From the NCBI GenBank assembly GCA_902789555.1, contig CADAOF010000007.1, forward strand, positions 12,014-76,013: a DNA stretch of 64,000 nucleotides, written 5' to 3'. Under the pieces are notes generated by a model that was given only the letters and a program-made list of their open reading frames with translations, did not search any database and had not been told where the DNA came from. Shown one piece after another: positions 10,291-17,949 of the stretch. How positions within the stretch are numbered: position 1 is the stretch's first letter; every line of letters begins with the position of its first letter. Source of the stretch: an uncultured Lachnospiraceae bacterium. GTDB lineage: Bacteria; Bacillota; Clostridia; Lachnospirales; Lachnospiraceae. A program made the position numbers and the translations under genes.

Positions 10291-10428
10291 CGGTGTCAAC
10301 CTGAGAACGCGGAACGCGCACGGGGGTGTCATCCTGAACGAGGGGAATGCACAGGACGATGTCATCCTGAGCGAGGGAATGCACAGGACGGTGTCATCCT
10401 GAGCGAGCGAAGCGAGTCGAAGGATCTT
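10291..10428. repeat. Tandem array (about 4 units, period 32-33 nt) of a GTCATCCTGAGCG-type element, ending in a full GTCATCCTGAGCGAGCGAAGCGAGTCGAAGGATC copy
   Basis: Unit starts were read directly at 10295 (GTCAACCTGA), 10328, 10361 and 10393 (GTCATCCTGA). The last unit has an ATCCT...AGGAT hairpin potential. Confidence 0.85.
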
Positions 10429-10907
10429 CAATTCAGAAGCATCATCACCCACCCCGCAGCAGCCAGATACGGCGCGAAGGGAAAGCCGTGCTCTCCGTGC
10501 CGCCGGCGAAGGACGGCCTCGGGGAGAGCGAGAAGAGAAGCAGCAAGCAGCATCAGGAGCGCCGGAAACAGCCCCAGATGCAGGCCAAGCGCCGCTGCGA
10601 GACGGATATCCCCGCCGCCGAGCGTTTCCCGGCCGAAAAGCCGGTCCGCAAGGCGTGTGATCCCGAGGAGCAGGAGCAGCGTTCCTGCTCCGCCCGCGAG
10701 CATGTCAAGAAGGACGGCAGGGACAGCCGCGCCGCCTCCGCAGGCATCCGGCAGCAGCGAAACGAGCCGCAGCAGCGAAGATGCGGCAAGCAGGCGGACC
10801 TCCCGAGCCGGGAGCCGACGCGTACGGACGTCCCGAATACTGATGACAGGGAGCAGCACCGCTGCCGCGCTGATCCGCAGGGTGAAAAAGAAATCAAAAA
10901 GCGTCAT
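10428..10907 (-). CDS. A24-family prepilin (type IV leader) peptidase-like membrane protein; short form without a methyltransferase domain
   Basis: 159 aa and polytopic. Both aspartyl motifs are recognisable (ISIRDVRTRRLP and GGGDIRLAAALG), followed by PFAPYL. Confidence 0.7.
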   Translation of the reverse strand: MTLFDFFFTLRISAAAVLLPVISIRDVRTRRLPAREVRLLAASSLLRLVSLLPDACGGGAAVPAVLLDMLAGGAGTLLLLLGITRLADRLFGRETLGGGDIRLAAALGLHLGLFPALLMLLAASLLALPEAVLRRRHGEHGFPFAPYLAAAGWVMMLLN

Positions 10908-11045
10908 GCCTTCATCATACGGGGCAGATCGATTCTGCGGACGGTCTTTTTGCGGGACAGAGGCAACAGTTTGTTGCAGGGGCAGCGTATCCGGATCCTG
11001 CCGGGCGGCAGGGAAAGTTTTTCTTCTTTTCCTTCAAAAAACCGC

Positions 11046-11074
11046 TTGACATCTTACATTCCCCATGCTAATAT
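11046..11074 (+). promoter_or_regulatory. Sigma-A type promoter of the infC-rpmI-rplT operon
   Basis: TTGACA (11046-11051), a 17-nt spacer, then TAATAT (11069-11074). Confidence 0.6.
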
Positions 11075-11080
11075 GTTCCG

Positions 11081-11215
11081 CGTCAACAGATTTACAAAGC
11101 AGAGTATCCACTCTCACCTGTACACGAACGGTGCTGCGGGTCATTCGAAAGGGTAATACCCTCATCAGGTGGATAGCTATGCTGTCCGCTTTTTTTTGCG
11201 GTCATCACGAGGAGG
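11081..11215 (+). promoter_or_regulatory. Probable L20 leader (ribosomal-protein autoregulatory attenuator) upstream of infC
   Basis: About 135-nt structured leader between the promoter and infC. It contains a hairpin GGATAGC-TAT-GCTGTCC followed by a T8 run (11171-11197), the position and architecture of the Firmicute L20 leader. Not checked against a covariance model. Confidence 0.5.
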
Positions 11216-11223
11216 TTACAGCT

Positions 11224-11736
11224 ATCAGCAACGAACTTTTGATCAATGAAGCGATAACGGAGAAAGAGATCCGTCTTATCGGCAGCCACGGAGAACAGAT
11301 CGGTATCATGACCCCTGCGGAAGCCCTTGAGAAGGCCCGCGAGGAAGAACTGGATCTGGTCCTTATTGCGCCGAACGCCAAGCCGCCGGTCGCTAAGATC
11401 ATCGATTACAGCAAGTATCGCTACGAAATGATCCGTAAGGAGAAAGAAGCGAAGAAGAAACAGCGCGTGATCGAGATCAAGGAAGTACGCCTGTCACCGA
11501 ATATCGAAGAAAACGATCTGAACACCAAGTCTTCCGCCGCACGGAAGTTCCTGGAAAAAGGGAACAAGGTCAAGGTCACCCTGCGTTTCCGCGGGCGTGA
11601 GATGAGCCACATGGCCCAGACCAAGCACGTGCTGGATGACTTTGCGGAAACGCTTTCGGACATCGCCGTGATCGACAAGCCCTCCAAGCTGGAAGGGCGC
11701 AGCATCGTGATGATACTCAGTAAAAAAGGGAACTAA
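11224..11736 (+). CDS. infC: Translation initiation factor IF-3, with a probable non-AUG (ATC) start
   Basis: IF-3 sequence [20 protein letters not shown]..., with both the N and C domains. There is no in-frame ATG, GTG or TTG between the GAGGAGG RBS (11209-11215) and the conserved N-terminus. ATC at 11224 sits 8 nt after the RBS. IF-3 genes classically use AUU-type starts. Confidence 0.85.
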   Translation: MSNELLINEAITEKEIRLIGSHGEQIGIMTPAEALEKAREEELDLVLIAPNAKPPVAKIIDYSKYRYEMIRKEKEAKKKQRVIEIKEVRLSPNIEENDLNTKSSAARKFLEKGNKVKVTLRFRGREMSHMAQTKHVLDDFAETLSDIAVIDKPSKLEGRSIVMILSKKGN

Positions 11737-11753
11737 AGAGGAGGATAGAAACC

Positions 11754-11948
11754 ATGCCTAAGGTAAAGACCAAAAGAGCTGCGGCGAAGCGTTTTCACAA
11801 GACCGGTTCCGGCGCGCTCAAGAGAATGAAAGCCTTCAAGAGCCACATTCTGACCAAGAAATCCACCAAACGTAAGAGAAATCTTCGCAAAGCCACCATT
11901 GCGGATCCTACGAACGCAAAGGTAATGCAGAAGATCCTGCCCTACTAA
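11754..11948 (+). CDS. rpmI: 50S ribosomal protein L35
   Basis: 64 aa: [20 protein letters not shown]... Confidence 0.95.
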   Translation: MPKVKTKRAAAKRFHKTGSGALKRMKAFKSHILTKKSTKRKRNLRKATIADPTNAKVMQKILPY

Positions 11949-11967
11949 TTGAAGGAGGTCTCAGAAG

Positions 11968-12324
11968 ATGGCAAGAATCAAAGGCGCGATGGGCGCAAAG
12001 AAGAGACATAACCGTACGCTGAAGCTGGCCAAGGGCTACTACGGCGCCAGAAGCAAACAGTATAGAATCGCCAAGCAGACCGTCATGAAGGCGCTGACCA
12101 ACGCCTACGCCGGCCGCAAGCAGAAGAAGAGACAGTACCGCTCCCTGTGGATCGCCCGCATCAACGCGGCGGCCCGTCTGAACGGCCTGTCCTACAGCAG
12201 GATGATGCACGGCCTGAAGCTCGCCGGTGTCGACCTTAACCGCAAGGTCCTCGCTGACATCGCCGTGAACGATGCCGCCGGTTTCGCCAAGCTGGCCGAG
12301 ACCGCCAAGGCACAGATCGCCTGA
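11968..12324 (+). CDS. rplT: 50S ribosomal protein L20
   Basis: 118 aa: [29 protein letters not shown]... Confidence 0.95.
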   Translation: MARIKGAMGAKKRHNRTLKLAKGYYGARSKQYRIAKQTVMKALTNAYAGRKQKKRQYRSLWIARINAAARLNGLSYSRMMHGLKLAGVDLNRKVLADIAVNDAAGFAKLAETAKAQIA

Positions 12325-12449
12325 GCGATTTTTCAGGGCTGAGAAGCGATTTTTCCGCGGGAAGATGAGAAAGATCCGTCTTCCCGCGAAAATCAGCCTT
12401 GACAAGCCTCCGGGCTTATGTTATCTTTTATCCAGGCGAAAGCCTGTTT

Positions 12450-12523
12450 CGGAGCGTGGCTCAGTTTGGTAGAGCGTCCGGTTAGGGACCGGGAGGTCGC
12501 AGGTTCGAATCCTGTCGCCCCGA
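12450..12523 (+). tRNA. tRNA-Pro; the anticodon reads AGG (12484-12486) in a manual fold
   Basis: Cloverleaf: acceptor CGGAGCG/CGCCCCG with C1:G72 and A73, D arm GCTC/GAGC, anticodon stem TCCGG/CCGGG, loop TTAGGGA, T arm GCAGG-TTCGAAT-CCTGT. No encoded CCA. Confidence 0.8.
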
Positions 12524-12525
12524 TT

Positions 12526-12551
12526 ATCCTACGAAAGTAGGATTTTTTTTT
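12526..12551 (+). terminator. Rho-independent terminator-like hairpin directly after tRNA-Pro
   Basis: ATCCTAC-GAAA-GTAGGAT followed by T9. Confidence 0.7.
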
Positions 12552-12568
12552 AGCCGAATAGGAAAAAT

Positions 12569-12642
12569 GCGTCAGTAGCTCAGTCGGATAGAGCATCGGT
12601 CTTCTAAACCGAGGGTCGCAGGTTCGAATCCTGTCTGACGCA
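12569..12642 (+). tRNA. tRNA-Arg (anticodon TCT)
   Basis: Acceptor GCGTCAG/CTGACGC, anticodon stem TCGGT/ACCGA, loop CTTCTAA, T arm GCAGG-TTCGAAT-CCTGT. Confidence 0.9.
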
Positions 12643-12764
12643 ATTTTTTATTATGAATCTTAACCAGTTTCGTTCATAAACGGACTTTTTCTAAAAAATA
12701 ACTTGTATTAATTCCGTTTTGTGGTATAGTGTGGTCTGTAACTATTCTCGGAAGAGGAGCGGAA

Positions 12765-13292
12765 ATGCCTAAAATCATCTTAAATCTCAGGGAAAATATA
12801 CTCAGGGAATCGAAAAGGATCCTGAAAACGGAAAGTTATGACAAACTGACGGTACGCCGTGTCGCGAAGGCCTGCGGCGTTGCCGTAGGCACGGTATACA
12901 ACTATTTTCCTTCCAAGGAAATGCTGACTGCCGGCGTCATGCTGGACGACTGGCAGAGGAGCCTGGAACAAATGCGTCAGGTTTCAGCGGAAGCATCCTC
13001 TTCCATGGAGGGCCTGGAACGGATCTATGCCGTACTTTTGGAATACATCGGTGAATATACGGAGACCTGGGATCAGTACCGTGCCCGCGGAGGCAGGGCT
13101 GATTCTCCCTACCGCCACCATATCCTGGTGGAGCAGATCGCGGACGTGATCCGAACGCTCCTGGATCGTTTCGGCAATATGCTCAGCGGCAGGCTTCCGG
13201 CATTTCTTGCGGAAAATCTGCTGATCCTGGCAGCGGAGAACGAGAGGGATCTCTCTTCGGTCGAACCGATCTTCGGAAGACTTCTGAACTGA
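12765..13292 (+). CDS. TetR/AcrR family transcriptional regulator
   Basis: N-terminal HTH: TVRRVAKACGVAVGTVYNYFPSKE. The ATG follows a GAGGAG RBS. The sequence is visibly less GC-rich than its neighbours. Confidence 0.85.
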   Translation: MPKIILNLRENILRESKRILKTESYDKLTVRRVAKACGVAVGTVYNYFPSKEMLTAGVMLDDWQRSLEQMRQVSAEASSSMEGLERIYAVLLEYIGEYTETWDQYRARGGRADSPYRHHILVEQIADVIRTLLDRFGNMLSGRLPAFLAENLLILAAENERDLSSVEPIFGRLLN

Positions 13293-13415
13293 AAACGGAA
13301 GGCAGTATCACGGCGGGGCTCGGTGCCCCGCTGTGATATTTTTGTGAAGTGGTGGAAATATCCTGCCTCGTCTGTTATGCTTAAGACCGGCAGGATGTTT
13401 TATTTTGCGGAGGAC

Positions 13416-14090
13416 ATGATGGAAAACGCGAAAGTAATGATCGTTGACGATGAGGACCGGCTGCGCAGCCTGGTGCGGGATTTTCTCATGCGTGACGGGA
13501 TCCGTACGCTTGAGGCGGCCGACGGTGAGGAGGCACTGACGCTGTTCTTTGCGAACAAGGACGTGAGCGTGATCATTCTGGACGTGATGATGCCGAAACT
13601 GAATGGCTGGCAGGTGCTCGAGGAGATCCGCCGCTACAGCAGCGTTCCCGTGATCATGCTGACGGCGCTTTCGGACGAGCAGGATGAGCTGAAGGGCTTC
13701 CGCCTCGGCGTGGACGAATACGTGACGAAGCCGTTCAGTCCGAGAGTACTGGCCGCGCGGGTAAGGTCCATTCTGAGAAGGGCGGAAGAGTCTGCGCCGC
13801 AGATCCTGGAGGCGCCCGGCCTGACGCTGAACAAGTCGAGCCGCGAAGTTACGGCCGACGGCGTGAAGGTCGATCTTTCCCTGAAGGAATTCGAACTTCT
13901 TGCCTACTTCATGGAGAATCCGGGGACCGCGCTTTCGCGGGAGAACATCCTGAACCATGTGTGGAATTACAACTATTACGGGGATGCCCGCACCATCGAC
14001 ACCCACGTGAAGACCCTGCGCAGCAAGATCGGCAGCCGGGGCGAGTGCATCAGGACCATCTGGGGCGTGGGATACAAGTTTGAGGCATGA
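13416..14090 (+). CDS. OmpR-family response regulator
   Basis: Receiver domain (KVMIVDDED...ILDVMMPKLNG...KPF) plus a winged-helix output domain (LTLNKSSREV..LSLKEFELLAYF..RTIDTHV..LRSKI). Confidence 0.9.
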   Translation: MMENAKVMIVDDEDRLRSLVRDFLMRDGIRTLEAADGEEALTLFFANKDVSVIILDVMMPKLNGWQVLEEIRRYSSVPVIMLTALSDEQDELKGFRLGVDEYVTKPFSPRVLAARVRSILRRAEESAPQILEAPGLTLNKSSREVTADGVKVDLSLKEFELLAYFMENPGTALSRENILNHVWNYNYYGDARTIDTHVKTLRSKIGSRGECIRTIWGVGYKFEA

Positions 14091-14091
14091 G

Positions 14092-15690
14092 ATGAAGAAA
14101 CTGTCGGTACAGACGAAATATGCCCTGGTCCTGGCGGCGATCCTGGTGGTCCTCGTCGGTCTTCAGCTGCTGTTCAACCACGTCTTCATGGAGAAATACT
14201 ACCTGAGCCGCAAGCTGGACCGCATCGGGGAGATCCGCGCGCAGGTCGAAGAGTACATCCGGGAAAACAGCGCGGGAGCAGGTGCCGAAGACAGTGAGAT
14301 GAAACTGCGGACGGGCTGTGAAGCCGCCGGTATCGACGCGCTCGTCATCAAGGCGGACCGGAAGCAGGGCGTGGTCATTTTTACCAACGCTTCCGAACTG
14401 GGCGGCGGGCCGAGGCGCCTGCTGAACGCACTGCGCGGTCAGAACGGCGACGGCGAGCTGGCCGTCTATGCCGAGGGAGACGGCTACCGTGTCTACCGGA
14501 CGCAGGACGCCTTTACCGGGACCGAACAGATCGATTGCGTCGGCTTCGTGGCAGCGTCGCAGATGAGCGGCGGGACATCAAAAGGCAGCGCGGACGGCAT
14601 TTCCTTCTCGGAGGACGGTTATTATTACGTGCTGACCGTGGCCGTCGCGGAGATCGCGGAAACGGCGGACATTTACAACCGGCTGCTGATCCGTGTCGGC
14701 CTCGTGACCCTCCTCATCGGCGCCGTGACGATGTATCTGGTCTCCGGCAGGCTGACGCGGCCGATCAAGCAGATGACGTCCTTAAGCCGCAAGATGGCCG
14801 ATCTGGACTTTTCCGAACGCTATACCGGCGGTACGGGCGACGAGATCCAGACGCTCGGCGTCAACATGAACGAGATGGCGACGAAACTGGAATCGGCCAT
14901 CGAAAATCTGAAGGCGGCAAACACCGCATTGGCGGAAGACATTGCGGAGAAGGATGAGACCGACCGGCAGAGAAGGGAACTGCTGTCCAACATTTCGCAT
15001 GAGCTGAAGACACCGATCGCAGTGATCCAGGGGTATGCCGAAGGCCTTAAGGATGGGATCAGCGAGGACGCGGAAATGCGGGACCGCTACTGCGACGTGA
15101 TCGCGGACGAAGCGGAAAAGATGAACCGCATGGTGCGCCGGCTCCTGGATCTGGATGAGCTGGAATCGCGCGCCGGGGCGGCGAAGGACCGCTTCGATCT
15201 TGCGGAGATGCTGCGCGGCGAGGCGAATGCCTTCCTGCTGAAGAGTCAGCGTGACGGCGTAACGCTTACGGTGGACGTGCCCGGTGAACTTTCCGTCTGG
15301 TCGGATGACTACCTTTGGGAGCAGGTGCTGCAGAACTATCTGAGCAACGCGTTCCACTATGTAAACACGGGCGGAACGGTGCTCGCCAGGGCAGAAAAAA
15401 ACGCCCGTGAAGGCGTTAAGGTGACGGTATTCAATACCGGGGATGCGATCCCGGACGAGTCTCTGGATAAGATCTGGAACAAGTTTTACAAGGTGGACAA
15501 GGCGCGTACGCGCGCTTACGGCGGCAGCGGCATCGGCCTGTCGATCGTACAGGCGGCCATGGACAGGCTCGGCGGCAGCTGCGCCGCAGCCAACGTTCCG
15601 GGCGGCGTGGAATTTACCGCTGAGCTGGACGGGTGCCTTGTCCCGCCCGCACCGGATGCTGCCGGTACGGAAGCGGAAGAGAGCGCCTGA
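14092..15690 (+). CDS. Sensor histidine kinase (HAMP-HisKA-HATPase)
   Basis: Two TM segments flanking an extracytoplasmic domain, H-box SHELKTPIAV, N-box LSNAFHY, and G-box GGSGIGLSIV. The start overlaps or abuts the response-regulator stop. Confidence 0.9.
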   Translation: MKKLSVQTKYALVLAAILVVLVGLQLLFNHVFMEKYYLSRKLDRIGEIRAQVEEYIRENSAGAGAEDSEMKLRTGCEAAGIDALVIKADRKQGVVIFTNASELGGGPRRLLNALRGQNGDGELAVYAEGDGYRVYRTQDAFTGTEQIDCVGFVAASQMSGGTSKGSADGISFSEDGYYYVLTVAVAEIAETADIYNRLLIRVGLVTLLIGAVTMYLVSGRLTRPIKQMTSLSRKMADLDFSERYTGGTGDEIQTLGVNMNEMATKLESAIENLKAANTALAEDIAEKDETDRQRRELLSNISHELKTPIAVIQGYAEGLKDGISEDAEMRDRYCDVIADEAEKMNRMVRRLLDLDELESRAGAAKDRFDLAEMLRGEANAFLLKSQRDGVTLTVDVPGELSVWSDDYLWEQVLQNYLSNAFHYVNTGGTVLARAEKNAREGVKVTVFNTGDAIPDESLDKIWNKFYKVDKARTRAYGGSGIGLSIVQAAMDRLGGSCAAANVPGGVEFTAELDGCLVPPAPDAAGTEAEESA

Positions 15691-15696
15691 ACCTTC

Positions 15697-16197
15697 TCAG
15701 ATGAGCCCGAGGCGGCTTAAGAAATCCTCAATATGTTTATCCCAGGCCTTTTCCCACGTCTTGTCAAGGGAGAAGGCCTTTTGCATGCAGCCGCTCGTGA
15801 GCATCAGCTCTTCCTTGGCGTAGCGGATGTTGAGATAGAAGCCGCTGACGTTTCCGGCATCCTCCGGAGAAGCACCCCGGGCAAGCAGGCTTTCCGCCTG
15901 ATCTTCGGGCAGCTTCATGACGATGGAGAAGCTTTTCGGCGGCACCTGCCCGCGCACGAGCTGGAGCGCGATCGGCCGAAGTTCCTTCCAGCTGACGCAG
16001 GAAAGATCCGCAGTGGCAGCCTTTCCTTCAGAGTCTGCGGCCGCGTCCGCAGTGCCGGCGGGAGAGAGTTTTCCCTCAAAATCCGTCCGGAATGACGTGA
16101 CAAAATGCGCTTCCGGCACCAGAAAAGCGTCGAAAGTCGTTTCGGCGAATAAATGTTTATTGAAATCCCGCAGTTTTTTCGGACTGAAACGGATCAT
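15697..16197 (-). CDS. Hypothetical protein (no family recognised)
   Basis: Start chosen at MIRFSPKKLRDF after an AAGGAG RBS. It has two conserved-looking lobes joined by an Ala/Asp-rich linker (SPAGTADAAADSEGKAATAD). Codon usage is like its neighbours. Confidence 0.5.
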   Translation of the reverse strand: MIRFSPKKLRDFNKHLFAETTFDAFLVPEAHFVTSFRTDFEGKLSPAGTADAAADSEGKAATADLSCVSWKELRPIALQLVRGQVPPKSFSIVMKLPEDQAESLLARGASPEDAGNVSGFYLNIRYAKEELMLTSGCMQKAFSLDKTWEKAWDKHIEDFLSRLGLI

Positions 16198-16424
16198 AAA
16201 TGCGCTCCTTCGCGTTTTCGGCAGGCCGCACCTGCTTTTCTTAACTATATAACACATTTTCCTTAAAAAAAACAATAATCTGCAATCATATTGAAATATT
16301 CGAGGAAAGATGGTATTATGAGAACAAATAAAGCGGAACGGATCAGCGCAGAGAAAGACCGAAAGGATCTTTCTTCATATGTGCACGGTCCGGAACGTTC
16401 CGCATAGAAAAAAGGAGAGAAAAA

Positions 16425-17393
16425 ATGAAGAAACTGTTAGTCGCTGTTCTTTCCGCGGTTCTCGTACTGTCGCTCGCTGCCTGCGGCGGCAAGGCGGAAA
16501 AGAAGGAACTCACCCTCGCGACCGGCGGCACCACCGGCACCTACTATGCCGTCGGCAACACCATGGCCACTGTTCTGAACGACCATCTGACGCTGTCCAA
16601 GCTGAACGTGACTTCCACCGGCGCTTCGAAAGCGAACGTGCAGTTAGTCACCGGCGGTGATGCCCAGCTCGCCATCCTGCAGTCTGACGTTCTGAACTAT
16701 GCCCACACCGGCACCGGCGGAGAGTCGATGTTCGAAGGCAAACCCGAAGCCAAGGGCAAATGGATCGCCGGCCTTTACAATGAGACCGTCCAGATCGTTG
16801 CCACCGGCGACATCAACAGCGTTGCCGATCTGAAGGGCAAAGCCGTCTGCGTCGGCGACGTCGGATCCGGCACTGCCCTGAACGCTGCTCAGGTTCTGGA
16901 AGCCTACGGCATGAGCTTCAGCGATGTGAAGGTCATCAACGCTTCCTTCGGCAACGGCGCCGACATGATCAAGAACGGCACCTGCGACGCGGCCTTCACG
17001 GTTGCCGGCGCTCCTACGTCCGCTCTGACTGACCTGTTCGCGACTGCTTCCGCCAGCCTGAACCTGCATATGCTGTCCCTGGACGGCGATGCTGTCAAGT
17101 TCCTGACCGGCCACTATCCTTTCCTGGTTCAGGAAGATCTTCCGGCCAATACCTACAAGGGACAGACTGAACAGGTGACCTGCGTTGCCGTCAAGGCCGT
17201 TCTGGTTGCTTCTGAAGACGTGAGCACCGATGCTGTGTACGAACTGACCAAGGCTCTGTTCGACAACAATGCTGCCCTGAGCTCCGGCCATGGCAAATTC
17301 ACCGGCCTGACCGCTGCCAAGGCGATCGACGGCTCCTTCGACCTGCATCCCGGTGCAGAGAAGTACTACAAAGAAGTCGGCGCGATCAAATAA
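16425..17393 (+). CDS. TAXI-family TRAP transporter solute-binding lipoprotein
   Basis: Signal peptide plus lipobox LSLAACGG. Also LTLATGGTTGTYYAVG, typical of TAXI (TRAP-associated extracytoplasmic immunogenic) receptors. Confidence 0.85.
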   Translation: MKKLLVAVLSAVLVLSLAACGGKAEKKELTLATGGTTGTYYAVGNTMATVLNDHLTLSKLNVTSTGASKANVQLVTGGDAQLAILQSDVLNYAHTGTGGESMFEGKPEAKGKWIAGLYNETVQIVATGDINSVADLKGKAVCVGDVGSGTALNAAQVLEAYGMSFSDVKVINASFGNGADMIKNGTCDAAFTVAGAPTSALTDLFATASASLNLHMLSLDGDAVKFLTGHYPFLVQEDLPANTYKGQTEQVTCVAVKAVLVASEDVSTDAVYELTKALFDNNAALSSGHGKFTGLTAAKAIDGSFDLHPGAEKYYKEVGAIK

Positions 17394-17416
17394 TCCCTGC
17401 TGAAAGTGTCTTTGCC

Positions 17417-17905
17417 GTGTTAACGAACAAGCGCTTCGGCAAAGCCGCCGCAATCGCATTGGCCCTTGCGGCGGCTTTCCTCATTGCGACGCTTTGTTTC
17501 GGGCGTCACTATCTGACGCTGCGGGATCAGAGCGGCAATTTGTATGCCAGATACCCGATGGAAGAGGGCGGGACCTTTGCGGTGACCTTCATCCACTCGG
17601 TCAATCTGTATCCGCTGACGGATTATTATGAGATCCATGATAAGACCATCTACGTGGAGGCAACAAAATACGAAGCATTCGGCGCAGGCGTTCAGACCGA
17701 ACTCAATCCGGGTGAGGTCCTGACGTATACCGATGATGGCGCGATGCTGATCACTGGTATTCATCAGGATCGCACCGGCGTAAGCTATCTTGTCGGTACC
17801 GTTTACGATCATGTTCTGACGGTAAACGGTACGGAGATCAGTCTGCGGGATCTGTGCGGACGCAACGCCAAAGTGATTTTCAACTACGAATTCATGCTGT
17901 TTTAG
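17417..17905 (+). CDS. DUF1850 domain protein (usual companion of TAXI-TRAP systems)
   Basis: 162 aa with a GTG start and an N-terminal TM. It sits between the TAXI receptor and the fused permease, and carries FIHSVNLYPLTDYYEI. Confidence 0.7.
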   Translation: MLTNKRFGKAAAIALALAAAFLIATLCFGRHYLTLRDQSGNLYARYPMEEGGTFAVTFIHSVNLYPLTDYYEIHDKTIYVEATKYEAFGAGVQTELNPGEVLTYTDDGAMLITGIHQDRTGVSYLVGTVYDHVLTVNGTEISLRDLCGRNAKVIFNYEFMLF

Positions 17906-17949
17906 GACGGCAGAACATTATCCAAACCATTTTTACAGGAGGTTTTCCG

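Noticed and set aside
10291-10428. A possible CRISPR array.
   Set aside because: The repeats are directly adjacent (period 32-33 nt) with no unique spacers, there are only about 4 units, and there are no cas genes in the window.
10282-11156. Plus-strand ORFs at 10282-11049 (255 aa) and 10488-11156 (222 aa), reading through the tandem repeats and antisense to the prepilin peptidase.
   Set aside because: The translations are extremely Arg/Ser/Ala/Pro-rich and start inside a repeat array with no RBS. The opposite-strand protein has a coherent membrane topology and A24 motifs.
12643-16275. A tRNA-adjacent genomic island (TetR, two-component system and hypothetical gene following the tRNA-Pro and tRNA-Arg genes, with a lower-GC TetR gene).
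   Set aside because: There is no integrase or recombinase, no direct repeat of the tRNA 3' end, and no mobility genes. The GC dip is confined to the TetR gene and the intergenic DNA. That is not enough to call a mobile element.
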